From a virus (lineage: Duplodnaviria; Caudoviricetes), in the IMG/VR virus record IMGVR_UViG_3300017911_001697, positions 9,918-73,917 of that record: DNA of 64,000 nucleotides; one strand, 5' to 3'. The position numbers and the translations under genes were made by a program. A model generated the notes under the pieces. The model was given only the letters and a program-made list of their open reading frames with translations, had not been told where the DNA came from and searched no databases. Shown in pieces: positions 22,001 to 30,396 of the stretch (its first letter is position 1; every line of letters begins with the position of its first letter).

Positions 22001-23200
22001 ACTAAATGTTAATGTTAAATTAAAGGTTGTTCCTTGTACATTTGTGTAAGGGATGGTGACTTTAACATTTCTAGCATCTTCTGGTGACAGCACAAAATTT
22101 TCTGGATCACTAACTCTGAAGTATGTTCTAAAACGACCAAAAGGAATGTCACCAAAGTTTCCATCAGGAAATCTTAATTTAATACCAGCATTGTTTAAAT
22201 TTTCTACAGCATACAATGTTCTTGTATCAAGTGCCAAATCGTTATAGTTTAACGTTTGTCCTACGGTGTTAGGTATTTGCTTCCACTTTTGTATAGTTGA
22301 ACCATTTGTGTTTATTTCTTGTACATACACATCTGTTTCATTGATATTTAAAACATTGATTTCTTGTGTTCTGCTGGTTAGTGGAGTATCATAATTAAAA
22401 TCTTGGCTTTGCAATACACCTTGCTTGAACATAACAAAGAAGCCAGAATTAATACTGCTGATGCCGTTGCCATCATTTCTATAAATTAAATTAAAGTTGT
22501 TGATTCTATCTGGGTGTCTTTCGTAAAAAGCGCCGCCGTCTTCAAAATCAGGATTAACAATTTGGAATGCTCTGTCTGTACCACTTACTGATAAATTAAA
22601 GTCATATGCAACAGGTGCTGTTACAGGAGTATTAATTTCATACAAGTCTGTTGCTATGTTTCTTACTTTACCTGATTTTGCAGGGGTGCTAAATCTGTTG
22701 TTGCCTCCCATTGCGGCATTCAGTATTGTGACAAACTGCTCAAAACTGTCTGGGTTATTTGCATCGTCCCAGAACACATTGATGTTGTTTAAATCATTTC
22801 CCAGACTGTCTTGTAGAGGCTCTGATGTTCTGACTGCTACTAGTTTCATTAAACCACTAGCAGGTAAATTTCTACGTGGATTGTATCCTAACTGTCTTGC
22901 TAGTTTAAACACACTGTCACGTCTCTCAGCAGTTTCCAAAAAGTTTTCTCTGCTGTTCAAGTCCATTCTAAATGCAAGACTCTGACTGAGGTAGGACAGT
23001 AATTCTATGATTGCAATAAATTCAGAACTTTCAGTGTAATCATTAAAACTTTCTGGGTAGTTTACACGCACATACTCTACTAATGCTGCTCTGATAGTAT
23101 CAAAGTCATATGCTTGGAAATTCACTTCGCTGAATGCTTTATATGCTACCTTCCAATCTTCAGCGGCAAATAAGTTATTTTGTCTGTTTACTAATGCCAT
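19064..23200 (-). CDS. gp6: Baseplate wedge subunit, T4 gp6/baseplate-J-like (1378 aa)
   Basis: YDFDTIRAAL...FLETAERRDSVFKLARQLGY at the N-terminus; IKQRAPQVYYTQNRMVSAQDY motif; follows gp25. Confidence 0.8.
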   Translation of the reverse strand: MALVNRQNNLFAAEDWKVAYKAFSEVNFQAYDFDTIRAALVEYVRVNYPESFNDYTESSEFIAIIELLSYLSQSLAFRMDLNSRENFLETAERRDSVFKLARQLGYNPRRNLPASGLMKLVAVRTSEPLQDSLGNDLNNINVFWDDANNPDSFEQFVTILNAAMGGNNRFSTPAKSGKVRNIATDLYEINTPVTAPVAYDFNLSVSGTDRAFQIVNPDFEDGGAFYERHPDRINNFNLIYRNDGNGISSINSGFFVMFKQGVLQSQDFNYDTPLTSRTQEINVLNINETDVYVQEINTNGSTIQKWKQIPNTVGQTLNYNDLALDTRTLYAVENLNNAGIKLRFPDGNFGDIPFGRFRTYFRVSDPENFVLSPEDARNVKVTIPYTNVQGTTFNLTLTFSLQESVSNSLPPETLTAIKQRAPQVYYTQNRMVSAQDYNIFPFSQTSNLLKLKAINKTHAGHSRYIDINDPTGTYQNLETFASDGSLFIEDTPQTESISITENNTVVEAVEYDIPLILKNRQLNNFVYEQFRESWSDTDIDKFNIKTKNAVWKTLPVVTGTNQTGYFLETTSDPGNSSVLDTSFGFGFEEFAENNFIKFVDTNTPSKYKWTRIVSVANNGLLSSGLSTSTGPFKLAAPVQDGWRAEEYIATMRKVINTSEKVAVQNEMKNKRTFALGFDPALNRWYVILNADIDKKGKWSPDNAKNSSGTGIDASWLLLFTYTAIDSNNYKYIVTTRGQQYVVQSRADLKFYNINNVKVADSDNQSSRDLISFTTLNYKPGSSETFNWDLNGNVFGQVWISGDTGEKYTPNSYDPGISLRTRNLKWYDVDVDYVTSAGIYRNGSTSSNLFVNSATVSLNTYFADGTQGTTSTNNVTIANNSGRITSLPANITIPFTNTTFGYNILDAQGNVYYKDYNFSTNLFENFEATTSGTTGVISGDSGRILLANANLSAQTGNLIITNMFNNRYTFAFDGSGQATQDKIVVKYKNSKDQLDQQIDWNIVAPVKYPDGYTDNRKVVVSPIDVDGDLVPDRPLQFREFVDENDLIFFENYTDFDGYTYNRPMSGNIADFRNEDSISFDYAADTMKPGGLPDTTAISTTDILIVKNLSQLGGAVTSAAGIDNVNGLVVYDNTAGKIYQMTPNSADTAATAVETTDYIVKNGRASGQNTALIEQDDIVFKWKHVAPKDVRIDPSISNIVEMLVLTNDYYDSVLKYKNVPGTEFPLAPTPAKLATEFKKLNEFKSVSDSLIFKSAQFKLLFGADADPENQAKFRIVKLPSTTMTDNEIKSKVITAFNSFFALENWEFGETFYFTELSSYIHQRLGSNIGSIVIIPKNSGGSFGDLFQIKAEPYELFLNTAKVSDIEIVEKISSQTLRADR

Positions 23201-23203
23201 CTA

Positions 23204-23572
23204 TTATACCTGCTCTTCTCGAGTGAATTCCAAATACAGCGTATCTTTGCTGTTGAGAATTACATAATTTAATTCTACCTCTGCTCTCACAGAATGATCT
23301 TGTGCATACACATCAATGTTGATTAATTCTACACGTTGCTCTTTTGCAATTATTCGTTCTATGTCTTGCTTAATTTCCTCAGTGGTAAACGTGTCCTCTG
23401 GGTTCATCAGCAGGTCCCAAATAATACTGCCAAAACTAGGTCTCATTAATCGCTCACCTTTTCGAGTATAAAACTCATTCAGTAAGTCACGTTTTACTAA
23501 CTCTACATCTGTGAGTGTAAAAGGTGCCTTAACCTTGTCAACAGTGCTGAAACCTTTGAATAACGTTGCCAT
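23204..23572 (-). CDS. gp25: Baseplate wedge subunit gp25-like (122 aa; start revised to ATG 23572)
   Basis: LVKRDLLNEFYTRKGERLMRPSFGSIIWDLL motif; the late promoter lies between the track start (23599) and ATG 23572. Confidence 0.85.
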   Translation of the reverse strand: MATLFKGFSTVDKVKAPFTLTDVELVKRDLLNEFYTRKGERLMRPSFGSIIWDLLMNPEDTFTTEEIKQDIERIIAKEQRVELINIDVYAQDHSVRAEVELNYVILNSKDTLYLEFTREEQV

Positions 23573-23577
23573 ACACA

Positions 23578-23585
23578 TATTTATC
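23578..23585 (-). promoter_or_regulatory. Late promoter GATAAATA, 5 nt before the gp25 ATG
   Basis: Minus strand reads GATAAATA-TGTGT-ATG. Confidence 0.65.
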
Positions 23586-23624
23586 CAAATCATAAACAAT
23601 AGTTTTAATACTTGAATAAAAAGG

Positions 23625-23652
23625 TTGACAACAAAAATAGTGTGTGTATAAT
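23625..23652 (+). promoter_or_regulatory. Sigma70-type early promoter TTGACA-N16-TATAAT
   Basis: Perfect -35 and -10 hexamers in an intergenic region. Confidence 0.8.
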
Positions 23653-23730
23653 AGACGATAATGCAGTAACGGTGCTGCAGAAACAGGCAGAGATGCCACT
23701 AAATTCACCCTTAAGTTAGGATAAACAGTG

Positions 23731-23985
23731 ATGTTTAAATTAACACGTGAGTTTGAGGCCATTTGGGAAAAGGCGCAGGCAGTTAATGCAAAATCTTCAG
23801 AACAGCGGTTCTACAAGATTTTTCAGCAAACTAAGCGTTTTGTCACAGTTGGCTTGTACGATTCAGTTACCAAGAAGTATGAGCTGTTTGACACAGTTAA
23901 CTTTGCGGGTAACTATCGATACGATAAGACTCAAAAGCCGCAAGAGCTTGAAACCATGGAAAAAATGGTGAAACAAGCCGGCTAA
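23731..23985 (+). CDS. Hypothetical early protein (84 aa)
   Basis: AGGA upstream of ATG 23731; flanked by a promoter and a terminator. Confidence 0.75.
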   Translation: MFKLTREFEAIWEKAQAVNAKSSEQRFYKIFQQTKRFVTVGLYDSVTKKYELFDTVNFAGNYRYDKTQKPQELETMEKMVKQAG

Positions 23986-23989
23986 GACT

Positions 23990-24025
23990 AAATATGTGTG
24001 TAGGAAACTACACACATATTTTTTA
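23990..24025 (+). terminator. Intrinsic terminator-like hairpin
   Basis: Perfect 14-bp stem AAATATGTGTGTAG/CTACACACATATTT, GAAA loop, T-tract. Confidence 0.75.
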
Positions 24026-24038
24026 CACTGGAGAGGTA

Positions 24039-24230
24039 ATGACCAATAAGTCATTGAATAACACCTTAGAAGAAGAATTAAGAATAATGGTCTGTGATCA
24101 ATTATCTACTATCAATGCACTCAAGTCAGAAATTGAATTACTTAAGAACACAATCAAAGATGAGCAAGATGCAAAATATCGTGCTTATGTGAGAATTTCT
24201 GATTTACAGAGACAAGCCACCAGTAAGTAG
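24039..24230 (+). CDS. Small coiled-coil protein (63 aa; start revised to ATG 24039)
   Basis: GGAGAGG upstream; heptad-like LKSEIELLKNTIKDEQ; overlaps the 3' end of the spike gene convergently by 27 nt. Confidence 0.65.
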   Translation: MTNKSLNNTLEEELRIMVCDQLSTINALKSEIELLKNTIKDEQDAKYRAYVRISDLQRQATSK

Positions 24231-25652
24231 TAGATTGTTTCTTTGGGAGTACAGCCATTTTGCCTGTTCTTCAAATGTTACCCTAGAAAGGAATGAAGGG
24301 AGTTTGATGATGTCTGGAGTTTGGAAAAGTTCTCCTTCGTATTGTCTACGCTGATAATGTGCCATCTGAAAAGTTGGTACGCCGCCTTGCATTAGAGAAG
24401 AATGTGCTGTTAACAAAAATGGCACTATTGCAAAGTTTCCGCTATTCACTGCCCCCAACACTTTGCTTTTTGCAAAGTTTTCTACACCAATGTGATTTGC
24501 TAAACTTATCATTGCTAAGTATTGATTATCGCTCAACGATCTAGTAATCAACTGTTTGACAGTACCTTCTGTGTTTCTTAAATTTGCTTGTGTAAGCATA
24601 GCGTTGCCTACATTACCTAGCCCAGTATCAAATGTGACTACTTTGTTACCGTTCGCTCCAACGTAAATTGTTTCTTGTCCAAACTGTTGTGTTTGTATGC
24701 CTTGTGCTAACAGTGCTTCTGCTTGCTGTTGTGGATCAGGATATTGTGTTCTTGCTGCACTGATCCTGTTACTCATGCTACGAAGCTCACCTTTTGAGAG
24801 ATCTGCTGGCATACCCTTAACATCAAATGCTAACTGTTTGGCATTATTTTGTATATTAGTAATTGTTCCATTCATTCCCAACTTCATAGCCCCCTGGGGA
24901 CTCATTGTTGGTTGTCTCACCGTAGGTATACTGCTGTTTAAACTAGCATTGAGCTGACTTATCAATTGATCGGTGTTTTGCTTATTTTTAGCAATGGTAA
25001 AATTGTTTGTAAACTGACTAGGATTGGTATACACAGGATTACCGTTCTCATCATAAGAACCTTGTGCTAACCCATCAGGCGTGTTCACGTCTGCAGGACT
25101 ATTTGATAAACCATTACTGTTTGGATTTAAACCTTGAGATACACTTTCGTCTGGTACCATGCTGTCTTGATCATCATTAACTGGGTTAGGAATACCGTGT
25201 CCTGCAAAAGGCTCTGCTGTGACTAGTACGCCTACAATGGATTGCATTTCGGCACCGCTACCGGAACGTATTCCTCCACTGGTAACCGGAGACTCAGCTG
25301 CCCTGTCATATGTTGGTGCGTCTTTGGGCTGATCAAATTTTTGGTTTGTTGCAGTAGGTGTAGCAACCAATGCTTCTGCAGGATCACGTGCATCAGGTCC
25401 TCCACTGTTTAACAATATTTGACTGCCTTTTGCAACAAAATTTGCGCCAGTTGTTAACACAATTGCACTGCTTGCTTTTGTTGAGAATCCAGCACCTGCT
25501 GCCTGCTCAATGTCAGAAGCTGCTTTGAGACTGTATTTATTACCTGTGGTTACACCAATTTGTCCTGCGGCGTTAATATGATGCTCGCCTTGCATTGATG
25601 TTTGGAAAGTGTTAAATTCTGCTTGCAAGTGCATCTCTGCTAATGCTTGCAT
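24204..25652 (-). CDS. C-terminal part of the gp5-like spike: beta-helix end, linker, degenerate lysozyme-like domain
   Basis: Short beta-repeats then GSQILLNSGG; C-terminal LSDNQYLAMISLANHIG...RRQYEGELF resembles the GH24 C-lobe; same frame as 25689..26657. Confidence 0.65.
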   Translation of the reverse strand: MQALAEMHLQAEFNTFQTSMQGEHHINAAGQIGVTTGNKYSLKAASDIEQAAGAGFSTKASSAIVLTTGANFVAKGSQILLNSGGPDARDPAEALVATPTATNQKFDQPKDAPTYDRAAESPVTSGGIRSGSGAEMQSIVGVLVTAEPFAGHGIPNPVNDDQDSMVPDESVSQGLNPNSNGLSNSPADVNTPDGLAQGSYDENGNPVYTNPSQFTNNFTIAKNKQNTDQLISQLNASLNSSIPTVRQPTMSPQGAMKLGMNGTITNIQNNAKQLAFDVKGMPADLSKGELRSMSNRISAARTQYPDPQQQAEALLAQGIQTQQFGQETIYVGANGNKVVTFDTGLGNVGNAMLTQANLRNTEGTVKQLITRSLSDNQYLAMISLANHIGVENFAKSKVLGAVNSGNFAIVPFLLTAHSSLMQGGVPTFQMAHYQRRQYEGELFQTPDIIKLPSFLSRVTFEEQAKWLYSQRNNLLLTGGLSL

Positions 25653-25688
25653 TCTTATATTTCCGCCAGCACCTGAACCATCTCCTAG

Positions 25689-26657
25689 CTACTGTTCACC
25701 ATCAAAATCTTTTGCAGCTTTGATGTTTATGTCTTGTCCGGCTTCTAGATTAATATTTTGATCTGCTCTTAGATTAAAATTTTTCTTTGCTCGTAAATTA
25801 ATATCACCTTCGCCGTACAAGAAAACATCACCAGTCTGCGAAAACTCCATCCATACTGTGCCATCGCGATTGATCATGTATATCATGCCTGACGTATCGT
25901 CTAAGAGTAGTTGACTGCCTTGTGCAGAACGTATTCTTATTTGTCTCGAACCTAAGTTGTCATCTAATGTTATACTGTGGCCGCCTAATCTATAATTAAA
26001 ATTATCTGGGTCGCGTGGACCTGGCGTGAGTAAACCAAATACTTCGCTAGGCGACTCACGACGTGCTGTTGCTTTGCCTGCCCCTCTAATAGGGTCACGT
26101 GCTAGTCCTTGTCTCACAATACCTTCTGACAAAGTGTGCTGTATAGGTCTGAAGGTATCGTTGTGATTAATATCTTCTGTGCGTTTATTTTTTTCAACTA
26201 CAGGAAGCTCTATGTTTGGAGACTGATAACTCTTATTGCCTGCTTGGCCAGGAATCATAAAATTAAATTTGTCGCCAAACAAGCAACTTATAACCAGAGG
26301 ATATTTGGTATTACCGTCGCCAAATGCAACCAAAACCAAGTTACCGTTATCTGGCACTGTTGCCCAAAAGCCGTAACTGCTCATAGATTGTTCTGGTAGA
26401 TTTATATCTGTACCGACTGCTCTAGGATCGGTGGTGCCTGCAAAAGGGCTTGTCCATATTGCATCAAAGTATCCTGCAGTGGAGTTTTTGTCTTTGCTGA
26501 TTGCTGGAATAAAAACTCTGCAACGGCCTGTTCTACTGATATCTTTTGTGGAAACTACTTCGGCAAGATATATACCAAAAACTGCATCTTTGCCTGTGTT
26601 CAGTTTTTGAGTAGGATTCTTTTTACTCGACTTGTTGTAGTTTGCATTAATAGACAT
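25689..26657 (-). CDS. gp5: N-terminal part of the gp5-like baseplate spike (OB-fold plus start of beta-helix)
   Basis: GIYLAEVVSTKD...GRCRVFIP, SYGFWATVPDNGNLVLVAF, GHSITLDD, IRIRSAQGSQLLLDD motifs. Confidence 0.75.
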   Translation of the reverse strand: MSINANYNKSSKKNPTQKLNTGKDAVFGIYLAEVVSTKDISRTGRCRVFIPAISKDKNSTAGYFDAIWTSPFAGTTDPRAVGTDINLPEQSMSSYGFWATVPDNGNLVLVAFGDGNTKYPLVISCLFGDKFNFMIPGQAGNKSYQSPNIELPVVEKNKRTEDINHNDTFRPIQHTLSEGIVRQGLARDPIRGAGKATARRESPSEVFGLLTPGPRDPDNFNYRLGGHSITLDDNLGSRQIRIRSAQGSQLLLDDTSGMIYMINRDGTVWMEFSQTGDVFLYGEGDINLRAKKNFNLRADQNINLEAGQDINIKAAKDFDGEQ

Positions 26658-29104
26658 TATGATTCAGTCTCCTCTGGTGCTTTATCTATCTTTTTGAGAT
26701 CCAACGCAGTCTGTTTTATGAGTTCTAACTCTTGTGTGAATTCTCCTCCACTGAACATACTAGTAACTATTTTGACTTCGTATAATCCTGTGATAAAGTA
26801 TCCTGTGCCCATTTTACTCCAATATCCTGAGTTATCTGCAGCATCTTCGTCTTCAACATTAAAGTCAAATCTTCGAGGTGTTTGAAGATCAAATAAAATG
26901 TAAATTTTATCTCCAGTAAATCTAACACCATTTTCTTCAGATACATCTGTTGTGTCTTCTGATCCAGGTCTTTTTGGTTCTGCTTTATCACTTGATGCAG
27001 GTCCCAAAAACCACGGGTCACCTTTAACTTCCATGTCTAATTTAACCAAGAAATCAGTTGCACCATGTTGTTGCATCAAATATCCAAAAATTGTGTTGCG
27101 AGGAGTTCCGTTGTATGTGCCGTCTTCTGCTTGGTTTGGAATAGTGCGTGATTGCACTGCTTCTCTGGTGTGCCCTTCTTCGCCTTCATCTTGTTGTTGT
27201 ACATTAGAAGCCAGTTGCTGGGCTGCGTTTAATGCTGCAGCTTGATCAAGTCTATCACTTACACTGCCAATGATATCTGCAGAATATGTTGTGCCACTAA
27301 GTGTGGGTGCATAATCGCTCCTGTCAACATTGTTTACGTTATCACTGGTAGTTTGTACACTGGATGTTGTTTGTGCATTTCTTAACGCCTGTGCTGAACC
27401 TTTATTTTTTAATGCTGTTTTGATTGCTTCAGCGTTTTGTCCGTTTCTGTTTGCTACAGCATCTACTATTTCTGCCTCTGAAAATCCAAGCAATCCTCCC
27501 AGTCGCTGAATGTCTTCTTCTCGCTCTGGTGTTTGCTGATTGAACAAATTGTCAACTGCGGCAGTTCTATCTTTTTCATTTGCAGCTTTTACAGCGGCAG
27601 TTGCTAAATCGTTGCCTGTTAAGTCTTCATCTGGTGTTGCAGAATTTGAAACTGTTTTGCTGAGCACCGTGCTGAAATCTCCGGAGACGCCGCCGGCAGG
27701 AGCAGTTAATATAGCAACACCTGCTTTATAGTCTATCCTAACATTTCGTATTTGATCATTTAAACCAGTAAACAAATAATGGTATGCTTTGTGTACAGGT
27801 ATCTGGTCAACTCTTGCTTGCACTTCTTCAGATGTTAAACCTGAATTTTCGTTTATCTTGGCTTGCACAGTGTTTGTGGCTGTTTTGTACATCACAGGCT
27901 TGTACACAACATCTTTTGCATAAACATTACGTTTTTCATCAAATGCTACATACGTTACTCCAGCATTAACTTTGAACCAATTAATAAATGCTTGATCTTT
28001 TTTAACTTCGTCGCTTTCTGGATCAGCGCCTTTTACAGCTCTTGTTGCTCTAGCAAAAAACTCATCATTCATAGACAACAGTGTTGCTATGTATCTTTCA
28101 ATGGTGACCCCTTCTCTGACTGTTACACGGTTCTCTTCAACTACAATATCAAGTGTGCCTTCGTCTTTGGCTGCTCGTTCGAGTATGTCTTGATATTCAT
28201 CTTCTGTTTTGTCTTCTAATTCAGGATTCATAATCCTGTTGATTTCTTCTGCTCTTACATCACTAGATGTAGTTATAGAGTCATCTTCTAAACCATGCTC
28301 GCCGCCAATAAGTCCAGAAATATCAATGTCTATTCCGTCTTGTATTTGGTAATCATTGTTATTACCTGCATTGTGCTCGTTTATTTTTTTAACTAAATTT
28401 TGCACATGCTCGGTGATAGTTGTGCCTTTTGATTCTAATTTTTTAGGCATCCTAAACTTATCATCGGTGTATGCTAGATGATCAATGTTTACCGTTTCAA
28501 ATGCATAAGTACTGCCGGCTTCGTCTATTTCTAAGGACACACTTTTTATTGCTAATCGCATTCTATATGGTCCTGCAGCTATAATAGCCTCTCCACCATT
28601 GTCCTCATCTTCAATATCTGCTTTGTATCCTTTAAACACAATCTCTAAAAACACAGGCACATCGTTAGACAAAATCTTGTCACCTAAAAATGCTTTTGCG
28701 GCTATAATTTGGTCCATAAAATCTGCAGCACCAGGCTGAATGATGTCAAAGTTTACTTGGGCTACATTCATGTTGTTACCTGGTCCTGGGGCAGCTCTGA
28801 TTTCTAAATTATCAATTTGTGCACCAGTAACGCCTGTTTGTGCTAGTACTACTGTTTGATTGGGAGGAGCAGTGTATGCATTTTGTAAGTATCCGCCTTG
28901 TCCACCACTGCTAGATTGCGGAATATCTGCTCTTTCGTCTGTGGGGCCGCCTTCAGGTTGTTGTTGTTCTCCGGGAGGATTAGTCACAGGAGGAATCATG
29001 TACAATTTTAAATTGTACTGATAGTTATCAACTTGATCAAGTATATTGCCGAGCACATCTCTTTTGAGAAACGGCTCATATTGTTTTTCTGCTGTTATGG
29101 CCAT
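26657..29104 (-). CDS. Baseplate hub protein (gp27/VgrG-like by position)
   Basis: Lies between the LysM and spike genes; C-terminal MEVKGDPWFLG and GLYEVKIVTSMFSGGEFTQELELIK motifs. Confidence 0.6.
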   Translation of the reverse strand: MAITAEKQYEPFLKRDVLGNILDQVDNYQYNLKLYMIPPVTNPPGEQQQPEGGPTDERADIPQSSSGGQGGYLQNAYTAPPNQTVVLAQTGVTGAQIDNLEIRAAPGPGNNMNVAQVNFDIIQPGAADFMDQIIAAKAFLGDKILSNDVPVFLEIVFKGYKADIEDEDNGGEAIIAAGPYRMRLAIKSVSLEIDEAGSTYAFETVNIDHLAYTDDKFRMPKKLESKGTTITEHVQNLVKKINEHNAGNNNDYQIQDGIDIDISGLIGGEHGLEDDSITTSSDVRAEEINRIMNPELEDKTEDEYQDILERAAKDEGTLDIVVEENRVTVREGVTIERYIATLLSMNDEFFARATRAVKGADPESDEVKKDQAFINWFKVNAGVTYVAFDEKRNVYAKDVVYKPVMYKTATNTVQAKINENSGLTSEEVQARVDQIPVHKAYHYLFTGLNDQIRNVRIDYKAGVAILTAPAGGVSGDFSTVLSKTVSNSATPDEDLTGNDLATAAVKAANEKDRTAAVDNLFNQQTPEREEDIQRLGGLLGFSEAEIVDAVANRNGQNAEAIKTALKNKGSAQALRNAQTTSSVQTTSDNVNNVDRSDYAPTLSGTTYSADIIGSVSDRLDQAAALNAAQQLASNVQQQDEGEEGHTREAVQSRTIPNQAEDGTYNGTPRNTIFGYLMQQHGATDFLVKLDMEVKGDPWFLGPASSDKAEPKRPGSEDTTDVSEENGVRFTGDKIYILFDLQTPRRFDFNVEDEDAADNSGYWSKMGTGYFITGLYEVKIVTSMFSGGEFTQELELIKQTALDLKKIDKAPEETES

Positions 29105-29105
29105 A

Positions 29106-29405
29106 TTACGATGCTAGTGTTTCTACTGTTTCTTTACTAGGCAGTGATATTTCTGTTCCTGCTTTGAAATCTCTGATGGGATCTTCTATGATATCTAAAT
29201 TTCTCAAAGATACTATCCACCAGACTCTGCTAGAACCGTATTTGTCAAAAGCAAATAAATCTGGACGCTGGTCGTATTTGGCCTCAATAGTATACTTTTC
29301 GTCTGCTATGCTTTTAGGCACAGTAGGCAAAGTGTTAACATCTAAAAAGATATCGTATACTTTTGTTCTTTTTAAAAAACTATCTGGTCTATGAATTTTA
29401 GCCAT
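29106..29405 (-). CDS. LysM/gp53/gpX-like baseplate protein (99 aa)
   Basis: YTIEAKYDQRPDLFAFDKYGSSRVWWIV...NLDII.DP..DFKAGTEISLP pattern. Confidence 0.75.
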   Translation of the reverse strand: MAKIHRPDSFLKRTKVYDIFLDVNTLPTVPKSIADEKYTIEAKYDQRPDLFAFDKYGSSRVWWIVSLRNLDIIEDPIRDFKAGTEISLPSKETVETLAS

Positions 29406-30214
29406 TATACAAATCCGTCTCTATAATTTTTACCTGTAGTAAAGTCTTGTAACCTAAATCTTTTACGCAATTTGTGCGGAGTATAACTTGGTTGCAAGTT
29501 AATTTGTGTGTTCATCATTGTGGGCACATAGGTTACTTCTTTGCCAAGTACGTCTGTTGCCACAGGAATATAATCTACATCTGCTGTGTATGTGATACTG
29601 TACGAAGTAATGACAACAGGCACTCTGTTGAATCCATGGTGTCCTAAGTACTCAAACAACAACACTGGCGGCGGAGTACCATAGTACCCATCTGCTACTG
29701 CAGCATCACCAAAAAAGGACTTTGTTGAAACTTTACAAAAATGTATCACTGCCAACATATATCTTGCTTCATCAATGGTGTTAGCACTAAAATCTGCTGT
29801 TACCGGAAACGCTGGCGGTATGGTATTTTTGTAAGTCATCAACGGATAGTTTTGTCCATGAAAGTCAGGCATGTTGTAATTGACTTGTGAACTTAAAAGA
29901 ATATCAGGCGTGTACTGCCACACTAAGCCTCCTGCATCATGCAACGGCTTTAACAAGTAATCTACATCACCTGTGATATCAGGATCTGCTCCTTTCCAAA
30001 ATAAATCTCTACCACCATCTTTTGGACGCAATCTTGCTCGCCAATCATAATCGGTAGTGATGCCTGGTTGTTGTACAGGACTTCCTTCGCCGTCTACTTG
30101 CTGAGATGGCCCGACAGTAAAGTTTTTTTGCTGGCCAGCAAGACGGCTGAGGAATTCTGGCCCTGTTACTGAGCCTAGATTTTTGTTGTTACCTGTTCCG
30201 CTATTTTGTGGCAT
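29405..30214 (-). CDS. Tail tube initiator/baseplate cap (gp48/54- or Pvc7-like)
   Basis: QYTP...GTPPPVLLFEYLG...VPVVITSYSITY motifs; AGGAG RBS; first gene of the operon. Confidence 0.65.
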   Translation of the reverse strand: MPQNSGTGNNKNLGSVTGPEFLSRLAGQQKNFTVGPSQQVDGEGSPVQQPGITTDYDWRARLRPKDGGRDLFWKGADPDITGDVDYLLKPLHDAGGLVWQYTPDILLSSQVNYNMPDFHGQNYPLMTYKNTIPPAFPVTADFSANTIDEARYMLAVIHFCKVSTKSFFGDAAVADGYYGTPPPVLLFEYLGHHGFNRVPVVITSYSITYTADVDYIPVATDVLGKEVTYVPTMMNTQINLQPSYTPHKLRKRFRLQDFTTGKNYRDGFV

Positions 30215-30232
30215 ACTAATCTCCTATGCATG

Positions 30233-30283
30233 TATTTATCGGTTTCATAAAACACAGTTTTAATTGCTGAGTAGCGATAAATA
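30233..30283. promoter_or_regulatory. Back-to-back late promoters GATAAATA (minus 30233-30240; plus 30276-30283)
   Basis: Exact motif on both strands between divergent operons. Confidence 0.55.
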
Positions 30284-30340
30284 CCTGTACTACAAAAGGT
30301 ATATTTCTACTAAAAGTGGCAAAAACTGGCAGGTTTTTGC

Positions 30341-30368
30341 TTGACATACAGATATAGTTCTGTATAAT
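30341..30368 (+). promoter_or_regulatory. Sigma70-type promoter TTGACA-N16-TATAAT for the gp55-47-46 operon
   Basis: Perfect hexamers. Confidence 0.8.
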
Positions 30369-30396
30369 GTGTAGAATACTGGAGGTACCAACTATA

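Noticed and set aside
23573-23599. Track start codons for gp25 (23599), and likewise 23994, 30367, 44804, 56212 and 62222
   Set aside because: Downstream ATGs have better RBS or promoter geometry or a stop/start overlap; revised starts were used.
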